A stretch of DNA of 62,726 nucleotides, filler included, from Chiloscyllium plagiosum (GCF_004010195.1; 3 parts of one record of this genome joined end to end with filler, not necessarily neighbours in it); one strand, 5' to 3'. Counted from the first letter of the whole stretch, positions 11,745 to 25,279 are shown. The notes: generated by a model not told the origin, from the sequence alone. Made by a program: numbers and translations.

Positions 11745-12438
11745 GTCAAAATAAATATCAGGTTAAATGGTCACCCAGTTCTAATGGAGGTCAATACCAG
11801 CCCAGCCATTTCAGTGATTGCAGAATCAGTCTTGAACAAAATTCCTTCTGGACTCCAGCCGTTAAGATTGTACAAGACCTCGGCTAGGTTGAGAACCTAC
11901 AGAGGGTTGAAACTTTATTGCTGGAACAGCACAGCAAGTCAGGCAGCATCCAGGGAACAGGAGATTTGACGTTTCGGTACAAGACCTCGGCTAAGTTGAG
12001 AACCTACAGAGGGTAACTTACAGCTTCAGGGTACAACTTCAGTTCCAGTCTCATTTGAAAAGCAGCTTGTTCAGTTACCACTGGTTGTAGAGAAAGACTC
12101 AGACCCAACCTTGATGGAATGGAATTGGTTAAGATTCACTGGGATTGGCTCAGCTTCTTTTGGTTAGAAAATGGCTGCCTGAGTGAAGTCCTAATTAAAT
12201 ACCCAGAAGTTCTTTTCTTTTCGGAATGTCTAGGAACTATCAAAGGTGCCAAGGTGATTGACCAGAAAGTCCCACACAGTGCCATTTGCCTTACGGGCAA
12301 ATGTAGAAGCCAAAATCAAAGTCAGTCCAATTTGCAGAATGGGCAGCACAAATTGTGAAGCCTGAATAGTCCATTTGCCTTTGTGAGGATTCTAAACAAA
12401 TGGTAAACCATTCCTTGCAACCGGATAAATATCCATGA
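11745..12438 (+). mobile_element. Gypsy LTR-retrotransposon pol remnant (aspartic protease + start of RT)
   Basis: INIRLNGHPVLMEVNTSPAISVI (decayed DTGA motif), YPEV..ECLGTIKG, VQFAEWAAQIV...ICLCEDSKQMVNHSLQPDKYP. Confidence 0.8.
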
Positions 12439-13467
12439 TTTAATGTTTCGGGTCCAGTGGCCCTTCCATCATCACGTCGGTTGCTACCACGAACAACCCA
12501 TTGTCAGCTCATAATGGTCCCCATTAGCAGCACTTGATTCTCCCAGGCTGACCATTACCTATTCCTTTTTCAGTCCAACTGCTCTCTCTCTCTCTAGATT
12601 CCATCTCTGTCTGTCAATTAAACCTTGCCCCTAACCATGCACCCACCTTCAGCACATATATCAAACTTGTCCTAGCTATTATCAGCTCTGAAGAAGGATC
12701 ACTGGATATATAGTTAGGAAGAAGAAGGAGGTTTTGTCTGAAACAGAACAGTCCAGGTATTGACACACAATTGACAATAGCCATCAGGAAAGCAGCTCAC
12801 AATCACCTTCTCAATGTCAACTAGAAATTAGGTGTAAGTGTCAGCACATCTCATGGTTTAATACACATTGCTGTTACCAGCTGTAACTATATGTTTGTAT
12901 AAACACTGCTTATTCAACTGTTAGAAGATCAAAATTATATTCTGTTCTAATTCATGAGTTAACAGGAACTGCAACGCGATGACGTTGGAAGCTCTCCATG
13001 TTCTATCAGTATTGATCCAAAATGGATCAGTCATTCTTTCCCAGCCTCCAGTGCTTGAACATTTGTGCTTGAAAAATGGAGCATGGTCAGAATAACTGTA
13101 ACCCTCACTGAAACAATAGTCAGTTCTATCATCAGCACAGAGGCGTCTGTCGTCCAGGAAGATCTATTTTATCCTGGTGCAGCTGTAGGGAAGGATAAGC
13201 ACCTGGAGGACACAATCTGATACAATGTGTGTGTCCTCGTTTGCATTAGGATTGACAGAGCAGTGAGCGTGGGGGGTACCAATAATGTCAGAGTAATAGA
13301 GTCATTTCTAATGTTAATTAAGAACCCTCAAGGATTTTGCAAATTACAATAGGTCTGAGGCAGTACAACTCTCTGAAGGACATTGCCTTCTCAACTGCCC
13401 ACTTGGTGTTATCACTGATAATACAGAAACATGTTCAGTGGTACGGTACCGACCCATAAAAGGGCAA

Positions 13468-13618
13468 AGTTGCCATAGTCCTTCCAGATATTGGGTTGCT
13501 TCCTCATTAGAGAGAGACAACGGATAGTTTTTTTTTTAACCGAAGGGTCATCACACCTCAGGCGAGGGGAGTAATTGAGCAGGAGAGTCTTTCATTCTCT
13601 CAGTTGATGCAGGAATCT
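13468..13618 (-). mobile_element. Third SINE-like repeat fragment
   Basis: gttgccatagtc...ctcattagagagaga...gggtcatcacacctcaggcgagggga resembles a shark SINE I recall; the head is truncated. Confidence 0.45.
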
Positions 13619-15199
13619 CACTGTCAGTTCCATACAGTTTTATTTCAAACAAGTTGATTTTTGTTTGCAAAGCAGATTCTACACAGGGACAAGAGATTTC
13701 ACAGCAGATGCCCATACCACACCGACCACCACCCCCTCCCTAGCTGCCAAAGTAGGTTGCAATGAAATTTCACACCTAATTCTGTTATTATCAAGATGCA
13801 AACTTTAATGGATTGCACTTTAATGCCTGTATATCCACCTACTCTTAGCCTGAAGTATTGATCATGAGGATTTTCTTGAGCATGTTGGATGTAGTAGGTA
13901 TGTTCATGGGTCACAATATGGCATATATTCAGGAAATCCAACAGATTGAATCCTGATAGATTTTCTAAATTAAAGATCAGCTGATGCATGAAGTGTATTT
14001 ATTTTCAAAATGTTCAAATATTACTTTGATAAGGTTTTAAAAGGAACATTTGAAGCAGGCTCGTATGAGTCAAAAACCATGGATAATTGAATCTTGGGAA
14101 AATGGCCTGTCACTATGTTGTACATTCAAAAAAAGCCAACGCCTTTTCAGCAGGGCAAATGAGAGGAATTAAATTGCATACAAATTTCCAAAATTCAGCA
14201 GATGAAAATTAAAAGTCTGTTCCAAAATGGGGCCAGCAGAGCTGCTTATTGAAAAGGGTGGTGAGAAAGCAGAGTTAATGCTGACAGTCCAGTGACATTT
14301 CTTCAGAAGGAGATAAAGCATGCAAAACATTTTGAGTTCAGTTTTGAAGAAGGATCACTGGACTAAGACCGTTAAGTCAGCAGGTCTGGCAACAAATGTA
14401 GAGAGAATATAAAGAGAATTCTCCAGCAACTTTTTGCTTCATGTATCCAACATGCACAATTCTTTGTTTTATATTATTGGAAATAGTGACTATCCACTTT
14501 ATAATCTACTGTTTGCAACAACTAACTTATCCAGACAGGGTCATAATGCAAACTTTTAGCACCAAATGCTAATGAGGGATTCCCTTGGGCATTGGAAACT
14601 GTCTCATAGGAACACAAAGGGACCTTTTCCCCTTTCAGGCATGCCACATGACTTACTGTCTGTCTGGCCGGTTGCATTAGCCTTTGAGTAAGTCAGTTAC
14701 TCAACACAGGGGCAAAGGAAGTCATGTACATGTGGACATGAGAAACTTATTTAATCCTTTCTCTCTGTCATATCGTGGTTAACTATTTGAGCATTTTACA
14801 TTGGAGAAGTGCAGAGCATTCAGGTCCTTGATAATTAAATAAAAAAACCCAATAACTGCAGACGCTGTAAATCAGAAACGAAAACAGAAACTGCTGGAAA
14901 AGCTCACCAGGTCTGGCAGCATCTGTGAAGAGAAATCAGAATTAACATTTTGGGTCCAGTGACCATAAACCAAACTTTGGTCTGAAGAATTCTGGTGGTA
15001 TATACATCTGATGCGGCAATTCTGTCCTTGACCCAGAGTATTAATCTCTGAAAATCCAGAGAGCAACTTGATAGAATGTCAACGTGACACATAATCGTGG
15101 TGTTCTGCAGTTCAGCTTTTACAGAGCTGCAATTTTCATTGATGGCTTCTGTGAGAAACAAAAGCTCACTCACTTTAATAATTTCAGTCCGAGACAAAT

Positions 15200-15465
15200 A
15201 TCTGAATCCGCGGAATTCCTAGAGGCATGGCATTCATCCACAAACTCCATCAACAAACACATCGACCTGGACCCAATATACCAACTACTACAGCGGACAG
15301 CTGAAACAGACAACCGGAAGCGGCAGGGACAGACCACTATAAACACCGGAGGAAACATCAAAGAAGCGCTTCGCAGGAGGCTCCCAAGCACTGATGATGT
15401 CGCCTAGCCAGGGGACGAAACGTCTGCAACAAAAACTTCCAGTTCGGCGAACAGAACCATAACAT
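15200..15465 (+). mobile_element. Penelope-like element 3' end (endonuclease C-terminus + pLTR)
   Basis: AEFLEAWHSSTNSINKHIDLDPIYQLL, followed by a hammerhead motif. CpG-rich, so probably young. Confidence 0.85.
15388..15427 (+). ncRNA. Minimal type-I hammerhead ribozyme motif (PLE pLTR)
   Basis: gca-CUGAUGA-U-gucgccu-agcc-aggggac-GAAA-cg-UC-ugc. Stem I gca/ugc, stem II with one mismatch, palindromic ACGU stem III; predicted cut after C15424. Confidence 0.8.
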
Positions 15466-17253
15466 AGAACATTATTATGCAGATGATGTTTGCGCATCCT
15501 CACCCACCTGCACCACCTGCACTTCAACAAAAAAGAATTAAAGGCTCAAACTAAATGAACACAACTTGATATAAAAGATTGAGGAAGGAGTATTTTCTCT
15601 TCTTTGCACATTTAGTAATTTCACCTCAAATGAAAGCAGAACAAAAGCACGCTGCAGCCAGGATTCCTGCTCAGCCAGGTACTTGTTGTATAAGTATTGC
15701 TTTCATTTTCAAACATTTAATTTATACTGTACAGTCTGAAATGAATGCATGTAAGCATTCTAATCAGAGTTCAGACTGTTGCTTATGAACTAAAGGATAT
15801 AGTCCTGGAATTTACCAACATTGAAACATATTCTGGAATGAAGAACAGGAAGGGGTCATTCAGTTCCTCATGATTGCTCAGCCATTCAAAAAGATCTTGG
15901 ATGATCTGATTTTCATCTGAAATCCCATTCGCTCCTATTCCTGAAAACTTTTCAACCTTCTCCATGGCAAACTGCCTGTGTCTGCCTTAGAACTATTAAA
16001 GGTGTCTGCATTCTACACATTTTCGGGATAGCAGTTCCAAAGACCATGACCCTCTGAGAAAAACTCTTATTGTTTCTATATAAATCCAATCAACTCGTTG
16101 CTCTGTTGCCAATTGAAACATAATATGTGATGAATTAAAAGGTTGAAAACCAAGATTAATACAGGTACAATCCACCTAGTCTGTGTCAACCTGTCCAACA
16201 CTCATTTCATATTATCGAACAAACCTATCATACGATCATAAGATATCTGCTCAAGCCGGGTATACATTTACATAGATATATGACTTAGAGTGAAAAGAAA
16301 ACTGGCAATCATCAGAGAACTCAGCGTGGCTTTTCCTTTGGTCTGCGAACCCATCAATGTATCCAGGCTTTGAGAGGTAACTAAGGTTAGATTGTGGATA
16401 ATGAAAACAAGATGCAGAATGACATCCAGCTGTAGGGGATATCTGAAATGGACAAAATCTTGGACCGACTCAGGAATGGTCACTACATTCACCACTCACA
16501 GAGGTGGTAATTTACTCTGAGCTGCTCAGTAAATTATCAAAACAATTCGGTATAAATGAAACACTGTGTATTTCAGATTCATCCTGACATAAGAGAACAG
16601 GGCAGATAAGGGTCATACTGATCATGCTGAAGGTCTTCTTTATGACTCTAATGTGCAACTGAACTTTACCGTGGGTGGATTCTTAACATGCATGATGCAT
16701 TATATTAATTTATTGACTTTCTTGAAATGGAATTATGAACCTCAGTATAGTAGGGAAAAGGGAGGACTGCAGATGCTGGAAATCAGAGTCCAGATTAGAG
16801 TGGTACTGGAAAAGCACAGCAGGTCAGGCAGCATCCAAGGAGCAGGAAAATCGACATTTCGGGCAAAAGCCCTTGGTCAGGAAAGTGTTAGGACCTAGAA
16901 GATATCTACCACTGTTCTCGCTATTAAATAGAGAAAAACCAAGCCCAACATCGCTTTTTTACAAACAAAAACAGAGGCTGCTGGAAAAGCTCAGCATCTG
17001 TGAATAGAAAGTTAACATTTCGGGTCTTGTGACCGTCAGAACTGCTTCAGCTTTTTTTATTGTTGTTTAATGAACTCGTAGAATGGGTACAGTCCTTCTG
17101 GCGGGGATGAGGCGGGGTGGGGGGGGGGGTGCATCTTTGTTGATCTCCGCAAAGCAATCATTCGGCTGTCACGACCCATTCTTTCCCTCTAGCTCTGAAT
17201 ACTTATCAAGTACCTACAATTCATTTGGAATATCTCAGTGATATTGGATGCAA

Positions 17254-18050
17254 TGAACATAGAACAGTACAGCATCGGAACAGGCCCTTCAGCCCACCGT
17301 GTCCATGCCATCCATGAATCCATTCTAAACTAATCCCATCTGCCTGCAAATGTCCATTTCCCCCTATTCATTGCCTGATAAGGTATTTGTCTAAATGCTT
17401 CTTAACCTTTACTATCATATTAACTTCTTCCACCTCCCCTGGCAGTGCGCTCCAGGCACCTACCACCCTCTGTGGAAAATATTTACTTTTGACCTCTTCT
17501 TTAAACTTTACCCACCTCATCTTAAACCTTGGTCATGTAGTATTTGACATTTCTAATCTGGGATAAAGCACCAACTATCCACCCTATCCATGCCTCTATC
17601 AGGTTGAACCTCAGCCTTCAACCCTCTAGTGAAAACAATCCAAAGTTGTCTCTCCTTATAGCAAATATTTCTCAATCATTAAAGAAACATCACTAGCTTC
17701 TTTCTGTTTATCCTGTGGATTTTGAACCCCTCTTTAAAACCTCCTATCAACTTTGGTAAATTAAATAAAACTAATCCAGCTTCTTAAATCTTATTACGTA
17801 ACTGAAACCATTGTTCCCAGATACCATTTTGGTACATTGTTTCCATACACTCTTGGAAGCTGTTCCATACTTTCCTCACGGTAGTGCCCAGAGCATAATA
17901 ACATGCGCATGGTGAACCAATGCTTCATAAGGCCACAACATCTTTCCTTTCCTATTCTGTGTCTCGACTATCAAGCCCAGGACTCCGTACCTTGTACCTT
18001 CATAAGATGGCCTGGCACTTACATTGATTTGTTCACATATATCCGCAATT
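17254..18050 (-). mobile_element. Decayed CR1 3' end(s)
   Basis: gaacatagaacagtacagcatcggaacaggcccttcagccc (reverse complement of the CR1 tail), followed by ORF2-end sequence. Confidence 0.7.
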
Positions 18051-18734
18051 AAGTCGAATACAGAGTGCTCACTTAATACTGTTTAATGCTGTGGTGAATG
18101 TCTTCCAGAACCTTATTCCTGAAAGGCTAACAATACAAGAGCAAATTTATTGATGAATAATTTTGAACAAATCTCCTGGATGACAAAGAAGATTAAGTAC
18201 TAGTGTCTGAAAGGAAGCTAAAAATAAACCAAAGGTGGAATTGACTGCACTTATATCATTGATAATGGTAACGGATTAAAAAAAGTGAGATGAATTTCAA
18301 AAGCCTGGCTGATGGCTGCCATCACACTGTGCTAAAACAAAGAGAAATCAAGAAGTCAGAACTGTTAGTGAGAATCCTTCTAATGTTTGTTTCCTTGATC
18401 CATATTGTTAGACTGAGAAAACACTCCTCCATCCATCAGTTAAAATTTGTGAGGTAGAGAGTACAAATATTTAAAGACCTGTCAACACAAAATGAACTGT
18501 GAGTAAATCACGAGAATCTGCTAGTAGACTGAATGACTGAATGCAAGAAAACCTACCAGAAAGGTCAGAATGAGTCAGCGTATATTTATTTAAGAATCCC
18601 ATGTCTGCCAAATATAGTTGGAATTTTACAAGAGTCATTTGATATGGTTCCACATAAAATATAATTGCCAAAAATATCTGCAACACGTGGCAGACTTTTG
18701 GTTTGGTTTAGAAATGGAACTTGAATGAAAGAAC

Positions 18735-19700
18735 AAAATGGTGCATTTTTTGAATGTTTCTGGTTGAAGGATGGTAAATGCGTTGAAATCAAGTAGAGTG
18801 AGGGATGAAAGTTTGTGGATTTGGTGCCAGTCAAGCAAGTCGAAGATAGAGTCAAGACTCTTGGTTATTGTTGGATCTGTACTCATCCAAGAAAATGAGA
18901 AATATTCTTTCACTATTGTAATGTGTGGTTTGTGGATAGAAGACAAATTAGGAGTCAGGAGATGAGTTACTCACTGTAAGGTTCCTTGCCTCTAAGCCGA
19001 CCTTGTAGCCAGTGTTTGTATGGTTGGTCCTGTTTAGTTTCAGGTCAATGGTAAACTCCATGACGTGGATCGTGGGTGATTCAGTGATGGCAATGCCATT
19101 GAAACATTCACCTCTCGTCCTGTTGCAGCGGGTCATTTCCTGGCACTTGTGTGGCTCAAATATTTCTTGCCATTCGAGAGTGTAACCCGGATTTGTTATA
19201 TTTGGACAAGCATTGCTTCGGTATGTGAGAAATTGTGAATGGCGCTGAACCATGTTCAGCTATAAACAAACATGTCTACCTCTGCCCTTCTGACAGAGGG
19301 AAGGTCATTGATGAAGTAGCTGGATATGATCAACTCTAGGGTGCTAGCCAGAGGACTTCCTGCACAGTTATGTCTGAGCAGAGCACACTGACTTCCAAAA
19401 AAGACACCAAACAGTAGGCAGTAACCCTCACTCATCCACCCGAGACACCAATTTCCGTGAACTCTAATTTTGTTGGGGCTTCTGATACCACACTCCGATA
19501 TCAGGTGCATTCCATCTCAGCTCACCTATGGAGTTCAGCTCTTTTGTTCCTAAATGAACAAAGCCTATAATGAGGCAGGAGTTGAGTTGTGACAAACTGA
19601 GAGCCAGTGAGAATGTTGTTGTTCAGCAAGTGCTGCTGATAGCACTGTTGATAACACATTTCCTTGTTTTACTGATGGTTGAGAATTGATAAATATTGCA
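18735..19700 (-). mobile_element. Second LINE family (CR1/Jockey group), decayed ORF2
   Basis: Homologous to 31100-32260 and 40160-40695; minus-strand translation FINDLPSVRRAEVDMF. Confidence 0.65.
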
Positions 19701-19975
19701 GTACAGTCATTTCTCCATATCTGTGAGGGTATTATTCCTAAGAATCCCTGTGAATGATTAATTTTGCAATTGCAAAGCTCTTAAAAATAGGTTGAAATGA
19801 TTAAAATTATCATGGCTATGCAATTTTTGACTGAAATTGTGTTTTTTGTTGTTATTTATACTTTGGCGCAGATAGCAATTTTTGATTTTGCAGAAACCGA
19901 GGATTTATTGCATTTGGCCAAGTTGGATTTGTGCTGCTTTTGTGGACTGGACGTAGCTGGCAATTTTCCACATTG

Positions 19976-20125
19976 ACAAGGCGAAAGTGGGTACTGCAGA
20001 TGCTGGAGATTAAAATCAGGATTGGAGTGGTGCTGGAAAAGCACAGCAGGTCAGGCAGCATCTGAGGAACAGGAAAGTCGACATTTCGGGCAAAAGCCCT
20101 TCATCAGGAAAGAGGAATCAGGAAC
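19976..20125 (-). mobile_element. Short PLE pLTR insertion with a hammerhead motif (20078-20109)
   Basis: TSD TTTCCACATTG at 19965-19975 and 20126-20136. The minus strand reads uc-CUGAUGA-A-gggc-uuuu-gccc-GAAA-ug-UC-ga. Confidence 0.8.
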
Positions 20126-21374
20126 TTTCCACATTGTTAAGTTAACGCAATATGTATTGGAAAACTTGCTTATGAGATAGTGTTACTTTTATTATTAATT
20201 TTTGTCCTTAAAACCTAATGCAGTCTGTGATTAGCAGCAACTGGAAAGTTCTGCATAAATAGATTCAGTTTGTATTTTTTTTCTTCCATCCTAGACACTG
20301 CGGTGAACACACTCTGCTGTGACAGCCAAGTAACTAATTTACTAACTGGTTGAATCTTGTTCCTCCATATCCATTTCAGCTTTTTTTAATACAACCATGT
20401 CGATTCGTAGAAGTCAGGACACTGAGTGCACATCTGAATATTGGGTGAGAGGGGACTCTGGATTGACTCTTGTTAACATGAGCTACATATAAATTGGTAC
20501 AGGGTATATAAACAATAGAGATGACACATGGTTTTTTTGCCTGGTTGGGAAAAGTTTGTGGGCACTGGCACCGGAGACACTGGAAACTTGGCATAGTATG
20601 TGGTACATCTGAGCCACACTGGGGCCAATGTTCTTGTGAACAATATCACTTGGGAAGTAGAGAGAGTTTCTGTTAAATACAGTGGAGAAAGGATTCAGAT
20701 GTGGAAAATGTTTGAGAAAGAGGATGAAAGAAAAATAATAAAAACATAAATTTCTGTTTCTGCTTCTAAGTTACAGCATCTGCAGTTCTTTCGCTTTTTA
20801 CCGAGAAAAATAGTAATATGGAAAATTAGGGTCAGACATTGGAAGGGATACAGAAATAAACACTGAAGATTAATTGTGATCATAATAACAAAAAGGCAAA
20901 AGTAAAGGCTTTATATTTGAATATATATAGCAGTGTGCTAACAAATTAACCGAATTGGCAGCAGACATCGAGGTAAATGAACATGTTCTGAAAACCATGA
21001 TGGGGACCTGAAAGCAGGTTGGTGAAGTTTGGATCCTGGATGTTGACGGATTTGTGGCAAAGTGGAAGGGAGGCATTGTTAATCAAGAATGGCATTTGTC
21101 CAGAAGGCATCAGGATGTCGAAAATATACAGCAGAAAGGGGAGGCACCAGTGGGCTTGGTCTTATTGTTCCCTGTGAGCTGCACGCTGCTCTCGGATGAG
21201 CAGCCTCTCTGAGGCTGTGTGCTTTCAAATTCTGGAAGTTGTACTTGAACATGGACTATGGAGGGGCACACAGAATATCCAATTTGACTTAATCTTTCTG
21301 ATCTGTACATCCTTGCTTGCAATCAGCTGCCAGTACTGCTCGTAAACAAAGCTTTTCATCATCCTTTTCTTAAA

Positions 21375-21730
21375 TTCATTTATGAGCTAAGGATAGCACT
21401 GGCCGGACCAGCATTTATTGCCCATCCCTAATTGTCCAAAGGGCAGTTAAGAGTCAACCACACAGCTGTGGGTCTGGAGTCACATATGGGCCAGACCAGG
21501 TATTTATGGCAGTTTCCTTCTCCAAAGGACATAAGTGAACCAGATGTTTTTTTTTCCCCCAAACAATCTGCAATGGATTTATGGTTATGATACAACACTT
21601 AATCCCAGATTTTGCAGAGTTCAAATTACACCACCTGTTGTGGTGGGATTTGAACCAAGGCCCACAGAACATTTTTTGGTTTGCTGGATTAACAGTCTAG
21701 CGATAACACCACTAGGCCATCGCCACCCCT
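21375..21730 (-). mobile_element. Second tRNA-SINE family copy
   Basis: Same head, core and tail as 6020-6520 (gcatttattgcccatccctaattg...ggatttgaacc...ccactaggccatcgcc). Confidence 0.8.
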
Positions 21731-22437
21731 TCAGTGGATCTAGCAATAATCAATCAATCAGTCAATGGCCTCCATCTGCACTGTTTTGTCATTTGTAATC
21801 AACCAGTAAGGAAATCCTCAGGTGTGAGGTGTCATTTTCATCCTTCATTGCCTTAATTTACTCCGTATTTTACATCTCTGTTTTCTTTCTCCGAAATTAG
21901 CAACCCCTTTCTCTTTCAGACCGGGCGTCCACACCATCTATTCTCCTTGCCCCTCATCTGCCTTTGACAAAAGTATAAATAACAATTTCCATCACCTGTC
22001 AGTTCTGAAGAGTTAAAGCATACACTCTGCTTCTGTCTCTCCACAGATGCTGCCAGACCTGTAGTCTTTTTCTGGCACTTTCCATCTTCCTTTCAGATTT
22101 TTATCTATTTAAATTTGATGAGCAAATGGCTTAAATTGGGTGTTGAGTAAGTGACATGATTAATTAATGACCTCCAAGTTAAAAAAAATCTTAGGCTAGC
22201 AGTGGCCCCAGTGTGAGTGAATTCGAGATCCAGGTGAAAAAAAGAGAAGACTAGATTTGATACGAGAGCATGAAATGGAGTGCTGACACCCGCTACAAGT
22301 GCATTTCCTCCTCGCTTTACCCAACACACCCACACAGCATGCGCCTGCCAATCCCACCCCCACACTCCCCCACTGCATGCTCCTGCCCTTCCCACCCCCC
22401 AGAGCCCCACTGCATGCTCCTGCCCTTCCAACCTACA

Positions 22438-22537
22438 NNNNNNNNNNNNNNNNNNNNNNNNNNNNNNNNNNNNNNNNNNNNTTAATTAATTAANNNNNNN
22501 NNNNNNNNNNNNNNNNNNNNNNNNNNNNNNNNNNNNN
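22438..22537. other. Artificial scaffold join: 44 N + TTAATTAATTAA + 44 N
   Basis: Exactly 100 bp with a six-frame-stop 12-mer at 22482-22493; the same structure occurs at 48407-48506. Confidence 0.9.
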
Positions 22538-23049
22538 GTGAATAAGAGGAGACTGAAGTTAAGCTATTGGGAGTACGGGTCTTTCTTCTATAAGGCAACA
22601 GTTGCGTTCCTCTGCATCCCCGTGTTATAAAAAATCACTACACCTGTTCAGTAGAAAGTTTGCTGTATCTCAACATCGTTCAGAATTCATCAATTATAAT
22701 GCAGCGAATTTGCATTGACAAAACACACCTTATATCAGAACGACCTTTACCTTTACGATTAAGAAATTAGAAGAGTTAGCAAGCAACATTAACAGTGTAG
22801 AGAAGGAGACCCAGCAAGTTCACACACTGGAGCAGGGGGAGGGGACAGTCCTCCTGGAGAAGAACTCACAAGAAAGAAATGTGCCATCACTGGAAAACCA
22901 TATATTCATTGGTTGGTAAGTAGTTTCTATATTGAAAATCTACTCTAAGTTACTTTCAGATTTAATGTAAATAGAAGAAATAGTTTACAGATAATAAAAC
23001 TAAAAACCAGTAACAATTTAAAAATATTGAAAACCACTTCAATAAAATA

Positions 23050-23410
23050 AAGATGCAGAACTAGGGGATGTGTTGTATCTGCATGATGTGGTAACTGGTG
23101 GACCCCATTGTGGTTCGAAATGACTACATCTGCAGCAAGTGTTGGATGCTTGAGGAGCTCTGGCTCAGAGTTGCTGAGCTGGACCCTGAGCTTCAGATAC
23201 TGCAACACGTCAGGAAGGGGTAGAGTTACCTGGCTGCTGTGTTCTCAGTCATAGCCCTTAGATTAACTACCTGGAATTCTGTCAGTGGTCAAGGATGAGG
23301 GGGCATGACTACGAATGAGGCAGGTAGAGCAATCCAGCAGGTCCTGCTGAAACAGTCCCAGCCCTTGAGCTTGTGTAACAGGTTTTAGGTCCTTGCTCCC
23401 TGTATGGATG
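23050..23410 (+). mobile_element. CR1 ORF1 N-terminal zinc-finger / coiled-coil remnant
   Basis: MCCICMMW*LVDPIVVRNDYICSKCWMLEELWLRVAELDPELQIL (CxxC...CxKC + leucine heptads). Confidence 0.75.
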
Positions 23411-24149
23411 GGAAAAAAAAGTAGTAATAATCGGTTATAATATAATAATACCCAGGACAAAGTGGGGGCTTGTTAATCAAATTGGCAAGGGTAGCCTTGA
23501 GAAAGAGTTTACTGCACCTTGTTTTCTCCTGACCTGCTCTTCTGATCTTTTAATTGCATGAGTGTTGGTCTCATAGCTGAGCGCTGAGAGATCTGCCACT
23601 TCATGACATTATAGATTATAGCTCAGTGCAGTTCTTCTATGCTCACGGCCATCAGACTTTTTGGTTGTCAGGTTTCATTTGCTGAATCTGTTTTGTGTCC
23701 AACCTACTTAGCATGGTAGTAGTGCCACACAGCACGGTGACGGCTGTTCCCAGAGTGAAGACAGGGTTTTGTCTCAACTTGCCGGTTCCTAGATTTGATT
23801 GAAGAGGATTGTGCAGGGTTGACAGGGAGGCTCATTGTCATTGTCATTTCCAGTGCCCAGGTTGATGTCTGGTGATCTGTCTAATTTTTGTTTTTAATTA
23901 CTCTGTAATAATTATTTCATGTAACTGAACAATGCGTTCAGCCACTTCTGAACCAGTTAGCAATCCCCCATATTTCAATGCCTCTGCAATTTCCTGCAGA
24001 ATATTCTGTGTCAGGAATAAGTCTGGTTTTACTTTGCACTATATGCCAATGAAGGGACCCAGTGTTGAGACCAGGTTGACGGGAGCTCATCTAGAACTGG
24101 GTTGTGGAGATCAGTGGGACTGACAGGATTTCACGAGGCAGCTGTCAAT

Positions 24150-24985
24150 ATGGCAGATGGCCAAGTGCATTATCACTAGACTCTTAAGCCAGAGATGCCA
24201 GATAAAGTTCTGGGTATCTGGGTTTGAATTCCACAATTGCAGATCATGGTATTTGAATTCAAGAAAAATCTGAAATTAAGAATCTCATGGTGACCATGAG
24301 ACATTATCATTTATCAGAAAGACCTACCTGCTACACTGATGTCCTTTCGGGAAGGGAGCTATCATCTTTACCTGGTCTGGTCTACACATAACTCTAGACC
24401 CACAGTGGTTGACTCTTAACTGCCTTGTGAGTAATTAAGGATGGACAATAATTGCTGGTCTAGTCAACAATTAGCGAGTTTTGAGAAGATTTGTAGCTCA
24501 GGTTGATGTTCTGGATGTAGGTTTGCTGGCTGAGTTGGGAGGTTCATTTCCAGACATTTCATCACCCTGCCAGGTAACATCATCAGTGGGCCTCAGGTGA
24601 AGCAGTGTATATGATTCCTGCTTTCTATTTATATGTTTGGGTTTCTTTGGTTTGGTGATGTCATTTCCTGTGGTAATGTTATTTCCTGTGGTGATGTCAT
24701 TTCCTGTTCTTTTTCTCAAGGGATGGTAGACCCCAACTACCACATCCTGAGAAAAAGAACAGGAAATGACATCACCACAGGAAAAAAACATCACCACAGG
24801 AAATAACATCACCAACCCAAAGGCACCCAACCATATAATTAGAAAGCAGGAATCATGCATACTGCTTCACCTGAGACCCACTGAAGATGGTACCTAGTAG
24901 GGTGATGAAATGTCTGGAAATGAACTTCCCAGCTCAGCGAGCAAATCTACATCTAGTCAATGATGCCCACATCCTGTGAATTAAA
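24150..24985 (+). mobile_element. Second tRNA-SINE family copy with a fold-back PLE inserted in its tail
   Basis: Head ggcagatggccaagtg...gggtttgaattccac; core gtcctttcgggaagg; tail split by the insertion with TSD TCTAGTCAA (24459-24467, 24952-24960). Confidence 0.75.
24468..24953. mobile_element. Fold-back Penelope pLTR pair (arms about 24514-24729 and 24737-24953), one hammerhead per strand
   Basis: The arms are reverse complements and contain 18-bp GGAAATGACATCACCACA-like repeats. HHR motifs at 24550-24589 (-) and 24878-24917 (+), both with stem I cca/ugg. Confidence 0.85.
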
Positions 24986-25279
24986 ACAGAACAAAATCTG
25001 ATCTGGAGAATTCATCATGAGTTTCAATGATTTACTGATAGAGGAAAGGAGGGAATGCTATCCTGTTTAACAAGACAATGTTTTCCGTACTGCAATACTG
25101 TCTGTTTACCGCTCTTATTAATATATATCTATTATAGAATCTGGGAATACCTGTCACCAGCATTGCTGAAGAATTAAACAGGGAAGAAGATCTAACATCT
25201 CACCAAGTATTAGAATGGACACAGGTAGGTTCACAAGGTGCTGTGACACATCATTTTTGTCTTGAAATGAGCCCCTGGA

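Noticed and set aside
14639..14687. 49-nt segment with a strong acceptor and GTAAGT donor
   Set aside because: Not frame-preserving and no recognisable peptide; cannot be supported without transcripts.
22482..22493. TTAATTAATTAA island between N runs (also 48451-48462)
   Set aside because: Identical, centred in exactly 100 bp, with stops in all frames: a scaffolding linker rather than biology. Contiguity across it is uncertain.
19703..22750. Possible Tigger/pogo remnants (about 19703-20275 and 22180-22750; LDLIREHE-like peptide)
   Set aside because: Too decayed to define TIRs or TA TSDs by eye, so not listed as features.
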